Shown: positions 58,916 through 64,000 of the stretch, piece by piece
Position numbering within the stretch: position 1 is the stretch's first letter
Layout: the number at the start of each line of letters is the position of its first letter
Assembly (NCBI GenBank): GCA_963741945.1
Contig: CAVUKA010000005.1
Span: forward strand, 256,001 to 320,000
Length of the DNA stretch: 64,000 bases
Direction: 5' to 3'
Origin: an uncultured Gemmatimonadales bacterium
GTDB lineage: Bacteria > Gemmatimonadota > Gemmatimonadetes > Longimicrobiales > RSA9
Notes under the pieces: generated by a model
What the model was told of the DNA's origin: nothing
Seen by the model: the letters and a program-made list of their open reading frames with translations, nothing else
The model's database searches: none
Translations under genes and position numbers: made by a program

Positions 58916-60051
58916 TGGACAGCAGCGGAGTCTCCATGGCAGACGCTCGCCGCCACGCGGGCCCGGCTCAGCGGACCGAATACCCGGCCGGGAGCAGTGA
59001 TTCCGTCCGGGCCGAGTCGCATGCCCTCCGCGCCGCCGCGGACGCCGTCCTCGCCGACACCGACGCCTGGCGCCGCCAGGCGCTCGGCCGCGAGGAGGCC
59101 GCCGCAGTCATGGACGAGATCGTCGGCTTCGTTCTCGAAGTCCCCGCGGCCGAACAGCAGGCAGGCCGCCGGTCGGGTGGCGAAGTCAGCCTGGCCCTCC
59201 GCCTCCAGGAGCTGCTCTGCCACCGCATCCTCAGCGGGGAGCGCACCCTACCGGCCGAGCAGCAGCTCGAGCTGCTCAGGAAGCTCGACGGCTACCGCGC
59301 CGCCGTCTACCCGGACGACCGCCAGAACCTGGCGTTCCTCCTCACCGGCGCCAACGCCCTCGAGCTCGTGGTGGAGCTGGCTCACGACCTCAGGTCGCCT
59401 CTGACCTCGATCATGTTCCTCGCCGAAACCCTCCGGAAAGGACAGAGCGGGGAGATCAACGACCTCCAGCGCCAGCAGCTCGGGATCGTTTACAGCGCCG
59501 CCCTCAGCATGGTCGGTGTCGCCAATGACGTCATGGACCTGGCCACAAGCCGATCGGACGGGGCGTGGGAGCGCGCGCAGGATGAGGAGTTCTCCATCAA
59601 GGACCTCGTGGAAGGCGTCCGCGACGTCGTCGCACCCATGCTGGAGCAGAAACGCCTCGGCTTCTCCTTCTTCACCCCGCGCAACGACACCCGCCTCGGA
59701 CGACCGGTCCCGCTCACACGCGTCCTCGTCAACCTGGTCTCCAACGCCATCAAGTTCACGGAAACCGGCCGCGTCGAGATCGTGGTGGGGGAGGTGGGCG
59801 GCGAGCGCGACAACCGCGTCGAGTTCTCCGTCCGCGATACCGGCCCCGGGATGAGCAGAGAGCGGCTCGACGCCGTCCACGACCTCTTCACTCGCAGCCG
59901 CAGCAGCACCGGCTACCACTTCTCCGACACCGGCCTCGGCCTCTCCATCTGTCACCGCATGGTCACCCTCCTGGGCGGCCAGCTGCACGTCGACAGCCGG
60001 CCCGGAGAGGGCACTCGCTTCCATTTCGTCATCCCGCTGCCCCGAGGGTAG
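58915..60051 (+). CDS. Cytoplasmic sensor histidine kinase
   Basis: AHDLRSPL, NLVSNAIKFT, DTGPG, GLGL; no TM helix; TAATG overlap with the activator gene. Confidence 0.92.
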   Translation: MDSSGVSMADARRHAGPAQRTEYPAGSSDSVRAESHALRAAADAVLADTDAWRRQALGREEAAAVMDEIVGFVLEVPAAEQQAGRRSGGEVSLALRLQELLCHRILSGERTLPAEQQLELLRKLDGYRAAVYPDDRQNLAFLLTGANALELVVELAHDLRSPLTSIMFLAETLRKGQSGEINDLQRQQLGIVYSAALSMVGVANDVMDLATSRSDGAWERAQDEEFSIKDLVEGVRDVVAPMLEQKRLGFSFFTPRNDTRLGRPVPLTRVLVNLVSNAIKFTETGRVEIVVGEVGGERDNRVEFSVRDTGPGMSRERLDAVHDLFTRSRSSTGYHFSDTGLGLSICHRMVTLLGGQLHVDSRPGEGTRFHFVIPLPRG

Positions 60052-60122
60052 GCGGCACCGCGACTCCAGACGCGGCGAGGAGCTTCAGCCGCGGCCGTCA
60101 CGACAGGAGCTTCCGCAACGAC

Positions 60123-60162
60123 AAGGGCGGCCGTACCGAGTCCTTCGGTACGGCCGCCCTTT
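60123..60162. terminator. Bidirectional intrinsic terminator
   Basis: 17-bp stem AAGGGCGGCCGTACCGA / TCGGTACGGCCGCCCTT between convergent genes. Confidence 0.85.
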
Positions 60163-60208
60163 CTGCTCCGAGGAAGAGCGTTCTACATCACTGGATCAGG
60201 TCCCCCCG

Positions 60209-60883
60209 TCAGTCTTCCCGGCGGCGACGACGGTACCCCACCACTCCGAGCCCCAGCAGCCCCGTTCCCATCAGCAGCAGCGTGGCGGGCTCGGGCACCA
60301 CGTTCGGATCCTGACAGTCGGCCAGGCTGGTGTAGCCATCCGGCAGCAGGATGGAGCCATCGGACGTGAGCTTCACCGAGCAGCGACCATAGCTCTGGAT
60401 GTGCACACGGCCTTCCGTCAGCTGCTGCAGTTCTGCCAGCGTCAGGTCGCTCGCGAACGTGAAGCTCACGGAACCCCCCGGCGCCAGTCCGTCATTCACA
60501 CCATTGGTCGTGCACGCCCCCGCCAGCGGCTTGCTCGAGACACCGCCACCGGAGAGGTCATTGCAGTTCCCGTCACCCGGATCAAGAGCCCACCCACTCA
60601 GGACGGGCCCGTTGAACGAGAGGCCGGAAAAATCGTCGGCGTACTGGCTCGCGCCGATCAGCCCCGCCGCTGTGATCACACCCGGGTCCAACGCCGTCCC
60701 GGTGGTATACGTGACCGTGAACTTGAAGAGGTCACCATCCTGTTCAAGATTGAACCCGATGCACGTGTCCAACGAACCCCCGCCGCATACGGGATTGGCC
60801 ATCCATTCAGCCGACAGACCCGCGGGGGCCAGCAAGGCCACGCCCACCAGCATGGACCATGGGGAGAGATTTCGAAGTTTCAT
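60209..60883 (-). CDS. PEP-CTERM sorting domain protein
   Basis: Signal peptide; VPEPATLLLMGTGLLGLGVVGYRRRRRED; GGAAGGG RBS. Confidence 0.93.
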   Translation of the reverse strand: MKLRNLSPWSMLVGVALLAPAGLSAEWMANPVCGGGSLDTCIGFNLEQDGDLFKFTVTYTTGTALDPGVITAAGLIGASQYADDFSGLSFNGPVLSGWALDPGDGNCNDLSGGGVSSKPLAGACTTNGVNDGLAPGGSVSFTFASDLTLAELQQLTEGRVHIQSYGRCSVKLTSDGSILLPDGYTSLADCQDPNVVPEPATLLLMGTGLLGLGVVGYRRRRRED

Positions 60884-61431
60884 GGGCCCTTCCTCGGAAA
60901 TAGGGTGCGGATCAATACGATCCCGGAAACCAGATAGCCGAGGCCGAAGCCGACGGCCATCACGGACGTCCGGATGATGGCGCGGACCAGAAGTGTGCCC
61001 TGCGGTCCGTTCGCGGAACGCAGCGCCAGCGGCACGTTGAGCAGGAACAGCACGTAGGCCGCCGCGACCAGGAGCGCTGCGGCCAGGAGCGTGATGCCCA
61101 CCACGCTGCGCCCGGCGCGACCGCCGCGCGCCAGCGCCCACGCCAGCAGTGCCGCAAACCCGATCGTGGGAAGCGGCAGGCTGCTCACCATGGACGCCAC
61201 GGTCCCGAACTCCCACTCCGGGGAGCCGAACGCGGGGGGGTAGGCGTACAGCGCCACGTCCACCACGCCCACCACCGCCAGCAGGAGGCCGAGCCCGGGG
61301 AGCACGCGCCACGCCGCGTCCATGGACGGGCGCAGCGGAGCCGGCCCTTCGCTCACCAGCCGTGCGGCTAGCAGCGGAGCTTCCGGATCGCGTCTCTGCT
61401 CTCGTGCCACGGTCCCCTGCAGTTCTGGCAT
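60880..61431 (-). CDS. 4-TM membrane protein, HpsJ-like
   Basis: YPPAFGSPEWEFGTVASMVSSLPLPTIG pattern; ATGA overlap with the PEP-CTERM gene; start uncertain (61431 or 61323). Confidence 0.65.
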   Translation of the reverse strand: MPELQGTVAREQRRDPEAPLLAARLVSEGPAPLRPSMDAAWRVLPGLGLLLAVVGVVDVALYAYPPAFGSPEWEFGTVASMVSSLPLPTIGFAALLAWALARGGRAGRSVVGITLLAAALLVAAAYVLFLLNVPLALRSANGPQGTLLVRAIIRTSVMAVGFGLGYLVSGIVLIRTLFPRKGP

Positions 61432-61494
61432 GTTCTGAACACGGTGAATGGCGGGACCCCGCTCAACGGGGGTCCGTCGTAAGCGTGCAGTCGT

Positions 61495-61646
61495 CGCACC
61501 TTTCACGCCATCGATGCGCTCGAGCCGTCAAACGTCAAGCCACGTTGTGCCACAACCGATTGCGGACTGATCGAACGCGTCGGGCAGGCCATCGCCAGGA
61601 GATTTGTGATGCATCAGACCAACACCATCGGTGTACCCGTGCACCA
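61495..61646 (-). promoter_or_regulatory. Putative sigma-54 promoter with IHF-like site and tandem enhancer sites
   Basis: Minus strand TGGCGTGAAAGGTGCG (61495-61510; GG-N10-GC); CAACCGATTG near 61553; 18-bp sites at 61607-61624 and 61629-61646. Confidence 0.6.
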
Positions 61647-61689
61647 CCCGGCCCCTGGCCACGGTCTCCGGCCCCACGCCATCCGCCCC

Positions 61690-62295
61690 TCATTGGGAGG
61701 CCAGCAGAGCCCGGTCCAGCTCCCGGACACACCGCTCGATCCGGGCGTAGACCTCATCGAACACACCCGACTCCGCGCCCCACGGATCGCGGATGCCTCG
61801 ACGCCGGATCGCTGTCGGATCCAGGTCCCCGAGCACGAGGATGAAGGCCGGGGGCTGCCGCATGAGCTGCCGAGCGTGCCGTCGTTGCCGGACGTCCATG
61901 ACCACGACGAGCGGCGCAGCCACGGTGGGCCCCTGGTCGAGCAGCCGGGACCGGTGTCCCGAGAGGTCGACGCCCAGCCGCGCGGCCGCGGCGCGGGCTT
62001 CGGGAGGCGAGGGTCGCCCGGGGCCGATGAATCCAGCCGAAGCCACCTCGACGAGCTGACCGCGCATCGCCATTTCACGGCGGAGCACGGCCTCGGCGAA
62101 CGGGCTCCGGCAGATGTTGCCGTGACAGAGGAAGACGACGGAGGTGTCCGGCGGCAGGGCGCGGAGGTGGCGGAGGGCCGCATTTCGCCGCAGCGGATGG
62201 AGCGCGGCATCGAGGCGGTCCAGGAAGGTGCGGGCCGCGCGTCGCAGCGCGCGCACCGGCCGAGCCCCGCGATCTCCCTCGCTCTGATCTCCCAT
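61690..62295 (-). CDS. Low-molecular-weight protein-tyrosine phosphatase (Wzb-like)
   Basis: FLCHGNICRSP, SAG, HRSR, IRDPWG. Confidence 0.9.
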   Translation of the reverse strand: MGDQSEGDRGARPVRALRRAARTFLDRLDAALHPLRRNAALRHLRALPPDTSVVFLCHGNICRSPFAEAVLRREMAMRGQLVEVASAGFIGPGRPSPPEARAAAARLGVDLSGHRSRLLDQGPTVAAPLVVVMDVRQRRHARQLMRQPPAFILVLGDLDPTAIRRRGIRDPWGAESGVFDEVYARIERCVRELDRALLASQ

Positions 62296-62321
62296 GCGCG
62301 CGGTCGGGCTGCTCCGCCGTC

Positions 62322-62858
62322 TCAGCGACTCGCGGACGACGTTCCGGGGGGGTTACCCCCGAGTACCAGACCGGCGCCGCCTTCCTCCTTCGACCGGCGG
62401 GTCTGCCGGATCGAGCGCCAGAGCGCCGCGGCCAGAAGGAGCAGGATGGCCCCTGTGACCAGCACGATCGCCAGCGACCGGGCCGAGTTCATCTCGTAGA
62501 GCTGCTGCAGCTCCGGCTTCACGCCGCGCCGGACCTGCAACGCGTCCAGCATGAAGAGCGGCCCCACGATGACAAGGGCCAGCCCCGCAACTCCGCTCAC
62601 CACGGAATAGAACCGGCGCCAGCCTGGCCGATCGTGCAGCGCGGCAAGCGCAGCCCCCAGGAAAATTCCCAGCAGCGGGATGGCCGTGCCATCCGCCATC
62701 AACCCCAGCAGGCGCGTCCTTCGGAACGCCCCTTCCGTCCCCGGCACCAGCTGCGTCAGCACCAGCCCCGACAGCGGGAACAGGATCAGCGCCCAGGCCA
62801 CGAGCTGTCCGGGCCAGAACAGGGATCGCAGCGGCGTCGCGTTTCTCAGGTGTGCCAT
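62322..62858 (-). CDS. 4-TM membrane protein, probable paralog of 60880-61431 (HpsJ-like)
   Basis: GAGGAG RBS; four TM helices; IPLLG and LFMLD align by eye with LPTIG and LFLLN of the paralog. Confidence 0.65.
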   Translation of the reverse strand: MAHLRNATPLRSLFWPGQLVAWALILFPLSGLVLTQLVPGTEGAFRRTRLLGLMADGTAIPLLGIFLGAALAALHDRPGWRRFYSVVSGVAGLALVIVGPLFMLDALQVRRGVKPELQQLYEMNSARSLAIVLVTGAILLLLAAALWRSIRQTRRSKEEGGAGLVLGGNPPGTSSASR

Positions 62859-62977
62859 GCTGAACTCTTCGAGGCAGGATGAGGTGCGCCGGATCGCTCC
62901 ATCACGCGGCGGCGCCGCTCCCCGGCCGGGAAGCGGCGCCGCAGTCCGCACGCGATCACGAACGGTCCGTCAGCTCG

Positions 62978-63529
62978 TCAGACGCTGTCCTTGCGACGAC
63001 GTCGGGCCAGGCCGAACACGCCCAAGAGACCGGTGCCGAGCAGGAGAAGCGTGGCCGGCTCCGGCACCGTAGTCGGGGGTGGCGAGCCGCCCTCCCGCAT
63101 CTTGATCTCCAGGTTGCACCCCTGCCCCGTCGTGCACACCTCGTCCGTCACGGCCGTGGCCCCGATGTAGTAGGTCGTGCTCGCCGCCAGGTCGGGTGAA
63201 CCGAACCACTGGTTCGAATTCGGATCCGGGACGAAATAGTTGTAGTGGTACGCGTACGTTGCCGGGGTCGATTCCGGGTCGAAGTTGGTCGGATCCGTGA
63301 AGATCCACACGTCGAACTGGCCGGTCGCGGTCCCGGCCGCGTAGAGATCGTAGATGCCGGCCGGATCCACCGTGAACTGGTACAGGTAGTCGCTGTAGAC
63401 GGTGGGGCCGTTGCCCACGGTGGTGCAGCCCGGGCACTGGAAATGGAAGTTCTGCGCCTCCACGGCCGTGGGTGGCAGCAGTGCGAGCGCGGCCACCGCG
63501 CCCACGATCATGGCAATTCTCTTCTTCAT
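62978..63529 (-). CDS. PEP-CTERM sorting domain protein
   Basis: MKKRIAMIVG signal peptide; VPEPATLLLLGTGLLGVFGLARRRRK; AGGAGG RBS. Confidence 0.94.
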   Translation of the reverse strand: MKKRIAMIVGAVAALALLPPTAVEAQNFHFQCPGCTTVGNGPTVYSDYLYQFTVDPAGIYDLYAAGTATGQFDVWIFTDPTNFDPESTPATYAYHYNYFVPDPNSNQWFGSPDLAASTTYYIGATAVTDEVCTTGQGCNLEIKMREGGSPPPTTVPEPATLLLLGTGLLGVFGLARRRRKDSV

Positions 63530-63635
63530 GCGGCCCTCCTGGGGGGAACAACGGGTGATCGCGTACATCGCCACGGAAACGCCCGGTCCCGTTCATCAGG
63601 TGCCGGACTGTCCGTATGCGACGGTATTTCGGAGT

Positions 63636-63812
63636 CGCAAGATCGGAACCGACCATCGCAATCCGGAACGCGACCACCCGGTAATACCTGCTAACGCAAG
63701 TTATTACAACGATTTAGGGGCCATGACAGCATCCGGATGTCCGACCTCCGCATCCTCCCGATCGGCCCCATGAGTGTGGAGTGGCTACCACAGGTGTCGT
63801 GGACAGCCGCCA
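63636..63812 (-). promoter_or_regulatory. Putative sigma-54 promoter with IHF-like sites and tandem enhancer sites
   Basis: Minus strand CGGTTCCGATCTTGCG (63636-63651); CAAGTTATTA and CAACGATTTA at about 63697-63716; TGTGG-N8-CCACA (63775-63792) and TGTCG-N8-CGCCA (63795-63812). Confidence 0.55.
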
Positions 63813-64000
63813 TGAAGACAGGCCCGGCCCGGCCGCCAGGGCGGCGGTGGTGGCGGACGGCCGCATTTCCCCGTAGCGTGATGGCGGCCCGGGGGTCAAA
63901 CCGCCCTGGCCGCCGTGCTGGTCCGAACCGTGCCGGGACGAAGAATCCGTGAGCGACGATCCCCTGACTCGCCGGTGGAGCGTTCGAAGCTTTTGATCCA

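Noticed and set aside
60884-61312. 367-aa version of the PEP-CTERM protein
   Set aside because: The signal peptide and RBS start at 60883; the upstream part overlaps the 4-TM gene in another frame.
61538-61552. TGGCACAACGTGGC as a sigma-54 promoter (minus strand)
   Set aside because: GG-to-GC spacing is 9 nt rather than 10; a correctly spaced element lies at 61495-61510.
1-64000. tRNA, rRNA, riboswitch, transposase, integrase, phage or defence genes
   Set aside because: None recognised by eye; a covariance-model search (tRNAscan, Rfam) would be needed to exclude small RNAs.

Overview
High-GC (visually about 70%) bacterial chromosome segment of about 50 genes. Gene content (PEP-CTERM proteins, DUF5916-like and TonB-type outer-membrane proteins, many peptidases) suggests a diderm such as Gemmatimonadota; this is inference. 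Bases 1-48 kb are mostly housekeeping and accessory metabolism: ppa, feoB with a membrane-anchored DtxR-FeoA fusion and a DtxR-type box, S9 and M28 peptidases, nadE, a Zn/Mn ABC transporter, a FadL-like porin, a diguanylate cyclase, an OsmC/DUF442/ArsR/peroxidase redox cluster, rocD, glnA, a hybrid kinase, fetAB-like genes, cydAB, PAP2 and a PafA-like phosphatase. Several families of intergenic palindromes and tandem repeats lie between these genes. Bases 48-64 kb look like the edge of a cell-surface/exopolysaccharide locus and are the best candidate for an undescribed system. This region holds two tyrosine phosphatases, a TonB-type receptor with a repeated OB-fold-like lipoprotein, a DegT aminotransferase, two receiver proteins with degenerate GGDEF domains, a sigma-54 activator plus kinase, and two PEP-CTERM genes each paired with an HpsJ-like membrane protein. 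Three promoters there share a similar layout: tandem TGnnG-N8-CnnCA sites, an IHF-like site in two of them, and a sigma-54-like -24/-12 element. No rRNA, tRNA, CRISPR array or transposase was recognised. All family calls come from reading motifs by eye, not from database searches.
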